Below are positions 31,586 to 41,603 of a stretch of 64,000 nt of DNA, one piece after another. Made by a program: the position numbers and the translations under genes. The stretch comes from a virus. The stretch covers positions 1 to 64,000 of IMG/VR virus record IMGVR_UViG_3300036715_001290; one strand, written 5' to 3'. The stretch's first letter is position 1. Each line of letters starts with the position of its first letter. The notes under the pieces were generated by a model. It did not search any database. It was given only the letters and a program-made list of their open reading frames with translations, and was not told the DNA's origin.

Positions 31586-33380
31586 ACACAAGAAATATGT
31601 TGATGCTATAGTTAAAAGAATTATAGCATCAAATGAATATAAATTAATTCTAGAATCTACCAAAAAAGATTATGTTGTTACATACCCAGGTAGATTTCAA
31701 CCGTTTCATAAAGGTCATTATGAAACATATAAATACTTATGTAATAAATTTGGTTCTAATAATGTATATATATGTACATCAAATTCAACTAACGGTAATA
31801 ATTCCATATTAAATTTTGCTCAAAAAAAGGCAATAATACAATCATATGGTATACCTGCATCACATATTATTCAATGTAGAGTTCCATTACAACCAACCGA
31901 ATTATTAAATAAATTTCCAAAAAGTGTATCATTAATTATTGGTACTGGTGATAAAGATATGAATCGCCTTGCTGGAAAATACTTTAAGCCATTTAAGAAT
32001 ACTGATGATATGTTACCGTTTGAAAAAGCAGGATATATGATAAGTATACCAACTGTTAAAATAAGTGCAACTGATGTTCGTGATGGTATAAAATCTGGAA
32101 AAATTACATTAAAGAATATAAGCCAATATATGAATCCTAATATAACACAACAAACTTATGATTTACTTAAAGGTAAATTATCAGAAGGTGGTGGTTATGG
32201 TCATATGCAACATATTTATGAAGATGCAAATTTAACATTTGGTGATATTAAAAAAATAATTGATTTAGGTTTAGGTGGTAAATTAAAATCCGTTACTGAA
32301 AAAACTGACGGTCAAAATTTAATGATTACTGTTGTTAATAATGAAGTAAGAGCGGCTCGTAATAAATCACATATTAAAAATTTTGCAAAAGATTCATTAT
32401 CTATTGATGGTTTATTTAAGATGTTTGCCGGCCGCGGTGATATATCAAATGCATTTTCATTTGCTATGAATGATATGGCGGCCGCATTAAATGCATTAAG
32501 TAAAGCAGAAAAAGAAGATATCTTTAAAAATGGAAAAAGATTTTTATCATTTGAAGTAATATATCCAAAAACAACAAATGTTATTCCTTATGGAATGAGT
32601 ATGTTAGTTTTTCATGGTATATATGAATATAATAAAGATGGTGATAGAATTTCAGAAGTTAAAACAGGTGCAGGAAAATTATATAAATTAATTCAAAATG
32701 CAAACGCACATGTACAAAATACATTCACAATTAAACCAAAAGCTGACATTCATTTGAATGCTATAGAAAATGGACAAAATCTTAAAAAGGATTTATATAA
32801 ACAATTATCAGCGATACAAGGTAAATGTGGAGCAAAGGATAGTGATAAACTATCAAAGTATTTTGAATTTAATTGGAGACATTATATTACATCATTAAAT
32901 ATAAACGATGATAAAGTAAATGAGATTTTATTAAATCGTTGGTTATATGATGATAAATCAACATCATTAAATGATATTAAGAAAATGGTTGATGAAAAAC
33001 AATTTTCAGATATTAAGGCAACGGAAGGTGCTAAAGTCAAAACATTAAATAATACGTTTGTTGAACCAATACGTAATATGACTATGAATCTTGGTATTGC
33101 AATACTTAGTAATATGAAAAGTGTATTGACCGTTAACCCAAGTAAGGCAATTCAATCACTACAAGATGAAATAACAAGTACTATAGCGGCTATAAAGGCA
33201 TCTAAAGATGATAGCCTTATAAATAAGCTTGATATTGAATTAACAAAATTAAGAGGTGTAGGTAACATCGTATTACCAACCGAAGGAATTGTATTTACAT
33301 ATAAAGGCAATATTTATAAATTAACAGGAAGTTTCAACCCAATAAATCAAATATTAGGTATGTTGAAATATGCAAGATAA
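31581..33380 (+). CDS. Cytidyltransferase-like (HxGH) domain fused to a ligase-fold nucleotidyltransferase; probable ATT start
   Basis: Frame open from 31563; YPGRFQPFHKGH lies upstream of track start 31959; GDKD, ISATDVR; then HMQHIYED, TEKTDG, EGIVF, YKLTG. Confidence 0.85.
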   Translation: MKHKKYVDAIVKRIIASNEYKLILESTKKDYVVTYPGRFQPFHKGHYETYKYLCNKFGSNNVYICTSNSTNGNNSILNFAQKKAIIQSYGIPASHIIQCRVPLQPTELLNKFPKSVSLIIGTGDKDMNRLAGKYFKPFKNTDDMLPFEKAGYMISIPTVKISATDVRDGIKSGKITLKNISQYMNPNITQQTYDLLKGKLSEGGGYGHMQHIYEDANLTFGDIKKIIDLGLGGKLKSVTEKTDGQNLMITVVNNEVRAARNKSHIKNFAKDSLSIDGLFKMFAGRGDISNAFSFAMNDMAAALNALSKAEKEDIFKNGKRFLSFEVIYPKTTNVIPYGMSMLVFHGIYEYNKDGDRISEVKTGAGKLYKLIQNANAHVQNTFTIKPKADIHLNAIENGQNLKKDLYKQLSAIQGKCGAKDSDKLSKYFEFNWRHYITSLNINDDKVNEILLNRWLYDDKSTSLNDIKKMVDEKQFSDIKATEGAKVKTLNNTFVEPIRNMTMNLGIAILSNMKSVLTVNPSKAIQSLQDEITSTIAAIKASKDDSLINKLDIELTKLRGVGNIVLPTEGIVFTYKGNIYKLTGSFNPINQILGMLKYAR

Positions 33381-33401
33381 TAAAAATAACATGAGGTTAC
33401 A

Positions 33402-34166
33402 ATGGATGTTAAATCCAATGCAATAAATAAAGATTTCGTTGCAAGACGAAATAAAAAAGCACCATCACCATTAGATATTAATTATAGTAATCTTAAAGAT
33501 GCTATTAATGGTAAATTATCTGAAGATATAACAGTTGGTGGTTATACGGGTATTCGCAAGCACTATAAAACTGGCGAAATGATTCAATTTAGAGATAAAG
33601 AATATGAAGAATGGTTTAATCCAAATTCAAATACAAAATATATTAATATAGCACCTGGGTATACAATAAATGACGGTGTATACACTGATAGATTTGCCGA
33701 TAATAAAATGTTCGAAACCTGTCCAGTTTGTAAAAAAACTATAAGAAAACAATTTGATTATAAAATGTTTACAAAAACAGGAATGTGTTTAGATTGTAAA
33801 GTACATGAAGAAAACCAAATAAAAGAATCAGGTGGTTTTGAAAAATATGTACAAAATAAAATATTAAATAATAAACTTTCATATATGAAAGATACAAAAG
33901 GTCAAGTAGAAACGCTTATAAGTGGATTGAATAAAAAAATGACATATGTCAATGAAGACGGTTCAATTGATACTTGGGATAATGGTTCATATGATTCACA
34001 AAAGGCATTTTTAGAGTTACAATTAGCTGATATTGAAAAACTTATAATAGGTTTGGAAAAAACATTATCAGGTGAAATAACCGAAGATGAATTAATGTTA
34101 ATATATGATGAAGTAAAAGCAAATGGTGCACCTGAAACTGCTAGCACTGAGGAAGTAAAAGAGTAA
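33402..34166 (+). CDS. Zn-finger hypothetical protein coupled to terminase large subunit
   Basis: CPVC...CLDC; TAATG overlap with terL; small-terminase role possible but unproven. Confidence 0.6.
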   Translation: MDVKSNAINKDFVARRNKKAPSPLDINYSNLKDAINGKLSEDITVGGYTGIRKHYKTGEMIQFRDKEYEEWFNPNSNTKYINIAPGYTINDGVYTDRFADNKMFETCPVCKKTIRKQFDYKMFTKTGMCLDCKVHEENQIKESGGFEKYVQNKILNNKLSYMKDTKGQVETLISGLNKKMTYVNEDGSIDTWDNGSYDSQKAFLELQLADIEKLIIGLEKTLSGEITEDELMLIYDEVKANGAPETASTEEVKE

Positions 34167-35782
34167 TGGAACTCGATGACATTGTAGTTAAAAAACCTAC
34201 AATAAAAGAATTAATGGCTGAAGAATTTACACGATGTGGATTGGATTCAAAGTACTTTATTAAAAAATATTGTACAATAGTTCATCCTCAACGTGGTAAA
34301 ATTTTATTTGAAACATATCCTTATCAAGATGATTTACTTGATATATTTGAATCTAAACATAGAACGATTATATTAAAAGGTAGACAATTAGGTATATCAA
34401 CATTATCAGCAGGTTTTATTTTATGGCGTATGATTTTTAATGATGATTATAATGTTGTTATTGTTGCTACAAAACAAAAAGTAGCAAAAAATCTTGTTAA
34501 GAAGGTAAAGATTATGAATGATCTTTTACCATCTTGGATGCGAAGTGAATGTATAGAAAATAACATGTTAAGTGTTGTTTTATCAAATGGTTCGCGTATT
34601 ATTGCAGAAACAACGGCAGAAGACGTAGGTCGTTCTGAAGCTGCATCATTGGTTGTTATTGATGAATGTGCTCACATTAAACGTATGAGTGATATTTGGA
34701 CAGCATTACAACCTACACTTTCAACAGGTGGTGATTGTATTGCTTTAAGTTCACCTAATGGATATGGTAACTGGTTTCATAAAACATGGTGTGATGCTGA
34801 AGAAGGACGTAATAGTTTTCAAACTGTAGAACTTCCTTGGAGTGTTCATCCTGAACGTACTCAAAAATGGAGAGATGAACAGGAAATTGAACTTGGTCCA
34901 AGAAGAGCTGCACAAGAATGTGATGCTAAGTTCTTGTCATCAGGTAATACTGTTATTGCTCCTGATATTTTAGAATGGTATCAAAACAATACAGTAAAAC
35001 AACCTATTCGTAAAATTACACCAACTGTTAGTTATAGCTCAGATCTTAAAGATACTATTTGGATTTGGAAAGATCCTGATTTTGATGCAAAGTATATTAT
35101 AAGTGGTGACGTTGCTCGTGGTGATGGTGATGATTATAGTACATTTCATATTATAGATACAAAAACATATGAACAAGTTGCTGAATTTGAAGGTAAATTA
35201 CCACCAAATAATTTCGGTGATTTAATATTAGAATATGCTGTAAAATATAATGATGCATATGTTATTGTTGAAAATGCAAACATTGGTATGGGTACATGTC
35301 AACGTTTAATTGATAGAGGATGTAGGAATCTTCATTATACAAAAGAATCTGATAAAAGAGGATTTGTTAATGAAAAGACAAAATTTTCATCGGCTATTAA
35401 AAAGAGTGATGTACCTGGGTTTACAATGTCATTAGCTACACGCCCATTAGTTATAAGTCAAATGGAAGAAATTATAAGATTAAAGCAAATTATAATAAAT
35501 TCACAAAGAACAATAACCCAATTACGTACATTTGTATACTTAAATAATAAACCACAAGCTGCATATGGTTATAATGATGATATTGTTATGGCATTATGTA
35601 TTGCTATTTTTGGTAGGGATGTTGCATTAATTAATATATCACGAAATGATTCAATGGTTACCGCAATGTTAGGTGCTATACATGTTAGCAGGTCAGAACA
35701 AAATACACATGGTAATATAATAACCAATCCTTGGCAATATGGAACTGGTAGACAAGCAATAAATTTAACGGAGTTTTTATAA
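34166..35782 (+). CDS. terL: Terminase large subunit (gp17-like)
   Basis: YPYQ, KGRQLGIST Walker A, VIDECAH Walker B, SSPNG, DVARGDGDDYS, DDIVMA. Confidence 0.96.
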   Translation: MELDDIVVKKPTIKELMAEEFTRCGLDSKYFIKKYCTIVHPQRGKILFETYPYQDDLLDIFESKHRTIILKGRQLGISTLSAGFILWRMIFNDDYNVVIVATKQKVAKNLVKKVKIMNDLLPSWMRSECIENNMLSVVLSNGSRIIAETTAEDVGRSEAASLVVIDECAHIKRMSDIWTALQPTLSTGGDCIALSSPNGYGNWFHKTWCDAEEGRNSFQTVELPWSVHPERTQKWRDEQEIELGPRRAAQECDAKFLSSGNTVIAPDILEWYQNNTVKQPIRKITPTVSYSSDLKDTIWIWKDPDFDAKYIISGDVARGDGDDYSTFHIIDTKTYEQVAEFEGKLPPNNFGDLILEYAVKYNDAYVIVENANIGMGTCQRLIDRGCRNLHYTKESDKRGFVNEKTKFSSAIKKSDVPGFTMSLATRPLVISQMEEIIRLKQIIINSQRTITQLRTFVYLNNKPQAAYGYNDDIVMALCIAIFGRDVALINISRNDSMVTAMLGAIHVSRSEQNTHGNIITNPWQYGTGRQAINLTEFL

Positions 35783-35783
35783 A

Positions 35784-36281
35784 ATGAAATTATTGGAAGT
35801 ATCATTAATACAAAAGGCAGAACAATTTGCTAGAGAAGTACATACTGGACAGTTTAGAAAATCATCGATGAAACCTTACATTGTTCATCCATTATTAGTT
35901 TATAAACTAACAAAACATTTTGGTTTTGGTAAGAATGAACAAATAATTGCATTATTACATGATACATATGAAGATGGTGCAGATCCAAAAGCAATTGCCG
36001 ATTATATTGGTAAAACATTTGGTAGTAATATATTGTCTATTGTTTTACTATTATCACATGATAAATCGGTTGAATATAATACCTATTTATTAGCATTAGC
36101 AAAAAAATCACCATTTGCATTGAATGTTAAATTATGTGATATGATTGCAAATTTATCAGATGCACCAACACAAAGTCAATATAATAAATATAAGTCAGGA
36201 TTCATGAATTTGAAATCTAACAATATTTATATACAGGACAACTTACTAAAGACATTAAACAAGATTTTCAAATTAGGATAA
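35784..36281 (+). CDS. RelA/SpoT-family HD hydrolase (small alarmone hydrolase/MESH1-like)
   Basis: HTGQFRK, PYIVHP, ALLHDTYED, VKLCDMIANL. Confidence 0.88.
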   Translation: MKLLEVSLIQKAEQFAREVHTGQFRKSSMKPYIVHPLLVYKLTKHFGFGKNEQIIALLHDTYEDGADPKAIADYIGKTFGSNILSIVLLLSHDKSVEYNTYLLALAKKSPFALNVKLCDMIANLSDAPTQSQYNKYKSGFMNLKSNNIYIQDNLLKTLNKIFKLG

Positions 36282-36284
36282 TAC

Positions 36285-38090
36285 ATGAGTGTATTCAGCT
36301 CTATAAATAAACTTTTCAGTACCGACCTTATTATACGAAACTATAAGGGCGTAAACATGAAACCTATGGATGTTTACAACCCTAAAGTAGTTGGTAATAT
36401 GGCTAATAACTATATGGGTTCAAGATATCAAAATCTTTACTCAACATTAGCTATGGTTAATTCACAAAACCAAGGTATGCCAATTCATACTATGAGACTT
36501 ATGATGTTTAGAGATTATGAATTAATGGACCAAGATCCAATACTTCACTCTGCATTAGACTTATATTCTGAAGAATGTGCAATACGTAATGAATTTGGTG
36601 AAATAGTAAAAATAAAATGTGAAGATGAAGAAATTAATGAAGTACTTCATAATTTATTTTATAATGTATTAAATGTTAATTTTAATCTTAGATCATGGGT
36701 AAGATCATTTGTTAAGTATGGTGATTTCTTTATGAAATTAAACATAGTCGATAAATTAGGAATAGTTGATACCGTAACAATGTCACCATATGACGTAACT
36801 CGAGTTGAAGAAGTTAATAAATCAACTGGTAAAATAGATACTAAATATGCTATTGAAGGTTATAAATTCCGTGGTGAATTACAACCATATGAAATGGCTC
36901 ATTTTAGATTACAAAGTGATATTAACTTTTTACCTTATGGTAAATCCGCAATTGAAGGAGCACGTCGTGTTTGGAAACAATTAAACCTTGCTGAAGATGC
37001 AATGTTAATTCATCGTATTATTAGAGCTCCACAAAAAAGAGTATTTAGTATTGAGGTTGGTAACTTAAATGCAAATGAAGTTGACCCATACATGAAGAAC
37101 ATGATTAATAGTATGAAAAAAGTACCATTAATCGATGAACAAACTGGTGATTATAACTTAAAATATAATATACAAAATATTACTGAAGATTTTTATCTTC
37201 CTGTTAGAAATGGTGAAAGTGGTAATAAAATTGATACACTTGAAGCATTAGGTAATGAAACTATTGAAGATATTGAATATTTTAAGAATAAAATGTTTGC
37301 GGCATTACGTATACCTAAAGCATGGTTAGGTTTTGAAGAATCCGTTGGTTCTAAATCATTGCTTTCGGCTGAAGATGTTCGATTTGCTAGAACTATTGAA
37401 AATATGCAAGCAGTTATTGTTGGTGAATTAACAAAAATAGCAAAAATACATTTATTTGCTCAAGGATATAATGAAGATGATTTAGAATCATTTACCATTA
37501 GCTTAAATAGCCCATCTATAGTATATGAACAAGAAAAATTAGAATTATGGAAAGGCCGAATTGAATTAGCCGATAGTATACGTGCAGGTAAAATGTTATC
37601 TGAAAAATGGATATATGAAAACATATATCAAATGACATCTAATGAAATAGAATCACAAAAAGAAGAAGTACTTAATGATGCTCATAGAGATCATAGACTT
37701 ACTCAAATTGTTGAACAAGGAAATGATCCTAATGTTTCAGGTGAACATGCAACAGATACAACATCGAGAATAGTAAATAAACCCGATGATGTACAATACG
37801 CAGGTCCTACAGGCCGTGGGGGCGGTGTAGCATCACCTCAACTTAATCAAGGTGGAAAACCACAACCAGAAGGTGCACCCGTACAAAGAGGTTCTAATTA
37901 TGGTACTGATAAATCTACATTTGGTAGAGATGCATTAGGAAAGAATAAAGCTCCTGCAGGATTAGATAAATCTACAGGTTTAGACTTTAAAAACAATTCA
38001 CCTTTAGCTACTGAAGATGAATTTACCGAATTACACTTGACAGAAGAAGATGAAATTAAATTTGATGATAAAATGATAGATTTAATATGA
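36285..38090 (+). CDS. Portal vertex protein (gp20-like)
   Basis: YELMD, EDAMLIHRIIRAPQKRVFSIEVGN, EDFYLP, DIEYF..K..ALRIP. Confidence 0.96.
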   Translation: MSVFSSINKLFSTDLIIRNYKGVNMKPMDVYNPKVVGNMANNYMGSRYQNLYSTLAMVNSQNQGMPIHTMRLMMFRDYELMDQDPILHSALDLYSEECAIRNEFGEIVKIKCEDEEINEVLHNLFYNVLNVNFNLRSWVRSFVKYGDFFMKLNIVDKLGIVDTVTMSPYDVTRVEEVNKSTGKIDTKYAIEGYKFRGELQPYEMAHFRLQSDINFLPYGKSAIEGARRVWKQLNLAEDAMLIHRIIRAPQKRVFSIEVGNLNANEVDPYMKNMINSMKKVPLIDEQTGDYNLKYNIQNITEDFYLPVRNGESGNKIDTLEALGNETIEDIEYFKNKMFAALRIPKAWLGFEESVGSKSLLSAEDVRFARTIENMQAVIVGELTKIAKIHLFAQGYNEDDLESFTISLNSPSIVYEQEKLELWKGRIELADSIRAGKMLSEKWIYENIYQMTSNEIESQKEEVLNDAHRDHRLTQIVEQGNDPNVSGEHATDTTSRIVNKPDDVQYAGPTGRGGGVASPQLNQGGKPQPEGAPVQRGSNYGTDKSTFGRDALGKNKAPAGLDKSTGLDFKNNSPLATEDEFTELHLTEEDEIKFDDKMIDLI

Positions 38091-38148
38091 AAAATGATTG
38101 TTTTCTTAAATCTGTAATAATTATATTAAAAAAACGTTTGGAGATGTC

Positions 38149-39045
38149 TTGGTGAAAATCAAACACAATAAGTTAAAAAATACATACATATTATTTGAAT
38201 TACTTTCTCGTCAAATTGCGACCGATGCATTAAATGATATGCCGACGTCAAATGCAATTAATATTATAAAGAAACATTATTCAAAATCATCAGAATTGTT
38301 AAAAGAATATAATTTATACAAAAAATTATTAGAAACAAATTTTTCTGCCGAATCAAAAGCGCAAACTTATATTGATTTTGTTCTAAATGAAAGAAAGAAG
38401 CTAAATGCAGAATTACTTAGAACTGAAAAATACAATGTAGTAAATGAGATATCTAAACAATATGATATTAAAACACTATTTAATTCAAAAATAAGCAATT
38501 ATAAAGAATGTGCATCAATATATAAATTATTTGAATATGGTTGTTTAACCGAAGCTATACAAAATACTGAAGAATTAGTTGATTCTAGAGATAATATATT
38601 AAGTATAATAACAAATAAAAAAATTACAACTGAGACTTCAAACGTTGTTAATGAATTTATGTCACAAAGTAAAGACTTACGTGCATTATCATATAATATT
38701 TTGGTTGATAAATTCAATTCAAAATATGGCAAATCTTTAAACAAATCACAATGTGAAATACTTCGTACTTATTTATATAATGCTACCGATAGTATAGCAT
38801 TAAAAGAATACATTAATAAAAAAACCGAATCATATATTTTTAACATTAAAAAATTGTTAGAAATGCATGATGATAAAGTATTAAAAGCTAAACTGAGTGT
38901 TGTTTTGGAATCATTAGAAAAAATAACAAAACAACCAAAAATTAAAGAATCATATATTGTAGCTTTAATGGAAACATCCAATTTAATTGTTGAAATGAAA
39001 AAATCTCTTAAATTAAAACAAGTGGAAGTTGCCAATGATACCTAA
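38149..39045 (+). CDS. Head morphogenesis protein (hypothetical)
   Basis: 298 aa, GGAG RBS, helical; lies between portal and protease. Confidence 0.65.
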   Translation: MVKIKHNKLKNTYILFELLSRQIATDALNDMPTSNAINIIKKHYSKSSELLKEYNLYKKLLETNFSAESKAQTYIDFVLNERKKLNAELLRTEKYNVVNEISKQYDIKTLFNSKISNYKECASIYKLFEYGCLTEAIQNTEELVDSRDNILSIITNKKITTETSNVVNEFMSQSKDLRALSYNILVDKFNSKYGKSLNKSQCEILRTYLYNATDSIALKEYINKKTESYIFNIKKLLEMHDDKVLKAKLSVVLESLEKITKQPKIKESYIVALMETSNLIVEMKKSLKLKQVEVANDT

Positions 39046-39208
39046 AAAAAATAAATCTTTAAAACGTCATGTTAAAACGTGTATAAAAGATCTACTTGAT
39101 GAAATGACTTCATCAGGAGCAGTTGGAGCATATTCTACTCCGTTTTTCATAAAACCAGATAAGACTAAAAAGAATAACATAGTACGTAGACGTATGACGG
39201 GTAAGTAA
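39035..39208 (+). CDS. Small head protein, 57 aa (not in ORF track)
   Basis: MIPKKNKSLKRHVKTCIKDLLDEMTSSGAVGAYSTPFF...; overlaps both neighbours; L-x-E site. Confidence 0.65.
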   Translation: MIPKKNKSLKRHVKTCIKDLLDEMTSSGAVGAYSTPFFIKPDKTKKNNIVRRRMTGK

Positions 39209-39534
39209 TGGCTGAGGAAATTACAATTGATGAAAAAATAAGCAAGATGTATACAAACAGTAAATGTTCATATTGCGTTCTAAAATTAAATTTCAAAAAA
39301 TATAATCCGGATAATCCATTTTTTGATATAACCTTTAATAAGGGAGTAGATGGTCATCCAAAAACACAAATTTGTCAGTTTCCAGAAGGCGTTAAAACAA
39401 TTAATGATAGAGAAGCATACTTAAAAAAATTTAAGGATATGTTATATATTGAATTAATAGATTTATCAATTAAATATGATAATGAATTAAAGGAAAGATT
39501 AAAAGGAATAGAAACAAAATGTCTAACACAATAA
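39208..39534 (+). CDS. Hypothetical protein
   Basis: 108 aa, translationally coupled (TAATG). Confidence 0.6.
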   Translation: MAEEITIDEKISKMYTNSKCSYCVLKLNFKKYNPDNPFFDITFNKGVDGHPKTQICQFPEGVKTINDREAYLKKFKDMLYIELIDLSIKYDNELKERLKGIETKCLTQ

Positions 39535-39872
39535 AAATGATGAGCTTGCTTAAAGAAGCTCCAGAACGTAAAGCACCACTATTAAAGACAAGTTCTAATA
39601 TAAATTTTAAGAAACCTGAAGCTAATTGGTTATATGCCGATTGGATATCTGAAAAGAAACCAAACATGGGATTTAGTGTTGTAAAAGTTGGTGATAAAAC
39701 TATTTGTATAGCAGGTTCTGATTCAGGTAATAAAAAAGGTACAAGAGAAGATTATATTCATGACCAAAGTAGACGTCCAATTGGTATAGGTGTAACATTG
39801 GATTCTGCTAAAATAACAAATTTACACCCATTAGCACAATATGGTACATTACCATTGTTTGTATATAAATAA
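39519..39872 (+). CDS. Putative capsid internal protein
   Basis: N-terminal MMSLLKEA protease-type site; head cluster. Confidence 0.55.
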   Translation: MSNTIKMMSLLKEAPERKAPLLKTSSNINFKKPEANWLYADWISEKKPNMGFSVVKVGDKTICIAGSDSGNKKGTREDYIHDQSRRPIGIGVTLDSAKITNLHPLAQYGTLPLFVYK

Positions 39873-39883
39873 GAAAGTATATA

Positions 39884-40222
39884 ATGAAAATAATGAAATT
39901 ACTTGAAGCTAGCCCTATTGCTTTAACAGATGAGCAAAAAAATAAAATTAAAGCATTTGTAGATAAATTAAAAAAATATGGTGCAACAAAAGTAAAATAT
40001 GAAAAAGAATACCATGTAGTTATATGTGATTCATATAATGTATATTTTGGTAATAGTACATTTCGTCAACATGTATGTTCATGTTTTTCTAAAGAAGATG
40101 CAAACTATATAGCAGATGTCATAAATAAAAAATCAGCAGCCGCAAAGGAACCATCTTTAAAAGATAAAGCAACTATTAAATTAGATGATAGATTAACCTT
40201 TGATATGCATGATTTTGTATAA
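39884..40222 (+). CDS. Putative capsid internal protein
   Basis: N-terminus MKIMKLLEAS. Confidence 0.55.
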   Translation: MKIMKLLEASPIALTDEQKNKIKAFVDKLKKYGATKVKYEKEYHVVICDSYNVYFGNSTFRQHVCSCFSKEDANYIADVINKKSAAAKEPSLKDKATIKLDDRLTFDMHDFV

Positions 40223-40230
40223 GGAATATA

Positions 40231-40866
40231 ATGGGTAATATAATTAAATATGATGCGGAACATCCTTTAATAGAAACAATAGGAACTATAACATATAAAG
40301 GCGATACTAAATTATTAACAGAATCAATGAGTACTGATGAACCTATATATGTAGATACATTATTGCAAATGGCTGATACTGAAAATGGTAATGGTAGGGA
40401 ATATCCTTATAATATTCTTAAACCATCAATAGATCGTTATGCAGCAAGATTTATTCCTAAAAGATCTTATGGTGAATTAGACCATCCTGATAGTGCAGAG
40501 CCTCCAGCATTACAACGTGCTTCTCATAGAATTGTAAAGATTTGGTGGGAAAATAAAATTGAATGTTACGGTCGTCTAAAGATTCTTAACACTCCCCTTG
40601 GAAAAATAGTAAAAATAATATTAGCCGAAGGAGGTGAAGTCGCAGTTTCCTCAAGAGGTGTAGGTTCTGTAGAAGAGTTAGGCTCTGGACTATATCGGGT
40701 TATGGATGATTTTGAAATGATATGTTGGGATATTGTTTCAAATCCATCAACAAAAGGTGCATGGGTACACGTGGTGAATGAAAATCAAAAAATTAATACA
40801 AATATCAATAAACAAAATACAAAGATTGATAATATCATTGGTGATATTTTATCATCATTAAATTAG
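40231..40866 (+). CDS. Prohead core protease (gp21-like)
   Basis: NGNGREY, GELDHP, SHRI, VSSRGVGS, WDIVSNPST. Confidence 0.95.
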   Translation: MGNIIKYDAEHPLIETIGTITYKGDTKLLTESMSTDEPIYVDTLLQMADTENGNGREYPYNILKPSIDRYAARFIPKRSYGELDHPDSAEPPALQRASHRIVKIWWENKIECYGRLKILNTPLGKIVKIILAEGGEVAVSSRGVGSVEELGSGLYRVMDDFEMICWDIVSNPSTKGAWVHVVNENQKINTNINKQNTKIDNIIGDILSSLN

Positions 40867-40872
40867 GATTAT

Positions 40873-41331
40873 ATGAAATTAATAAATTTAATAAATGAAG
40901 ATTTGAAAGTTACATTAGATATTCCTAAAAATGATCCAAATTACTGGAATGGTAAAGGATTTTCAAATTATAGTACATCCGGAATTGAAACTATTGCAAA
41001 AGGCTTACATAATTATATAAATAAATTTTATAAAAAATATGCAGACAAAGATTTGGTTACTGACTTTAATGATATGCAATTAATGTTAAATGAAAAGGAT
41101 GATGTGATTAAAATAAAATTTGGCGTACAAATGTCATATAATATATTTAATCATGATGTACCATTACCGGTTAAAATATTTGTTAAATTATTAACTAAAC
41201 AAAATATACCATTTATTATTAAAAACGGTGAACATAAAAATTGGCGTGGTAAAGTAATTACCGAAAAATCAATTGATTTTATTACAATTAAAACTGACGA
41301 TTTCTTAAAAATTAAGACATCAAATTTATAA
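40873..41331 (+). CDS. Putative capsid internal protein
   Basis: N-terminus MKLINLINED. Confidence 0.55.
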   Translation: MKLINLINEDLKVTLDIPKNDPNYWNGKGFSNYSTSGIETIAKGLHNYINKFYKKYADKDLVTDFNDMQLMLNEKDDVIKIKFGVQMSYNIFNHDVPLPVKIFVKLLTKQNIPFIIKNGEHKNWRGKVITEKSIDFITIKTDDFLKIKTSNL

Positions 41332-41352
41332 TAACAAACAAAAGAGGTTCTA

Positions 41353-41568
41353 ATGGGTGCACATAATTATTCAAATGCCGGAGTTTTAGTAAAAAATGGC
41401 AATGTTGAAAAAGCACTATCTATATTCAAAAAAAGAATTAAAAATTGTGGTATCATGAACGAGTTAAAAGAAAGAACTCATTATATAAAACCATCGGCTA
41501 AAAAAAGAGCCGCTAAATTAACTATATTAAATAGAATTTCAAAAGAGAAAAAGACAGAAACACAATAA
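41353..41568 (+). CDS. rpsU: Ribosomal protein bS21 (phage-encoded)
   Basis: VLVKNGNVEKALSIFKKR...GIMNELKERTHYIKPSAKKR; 71 aa. Confidence 0.9.
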   Translation: MGAHNYSNAGVLVKNGNVEKALSIFKKRIKNCGIMNELKERTHYIKPSAKKRAAKLTILNRISKEKKTETQ

Positions 41569-41603
41569 TTATTAATTATTGATAAACTATAAAGGATTTT
41601 TAA

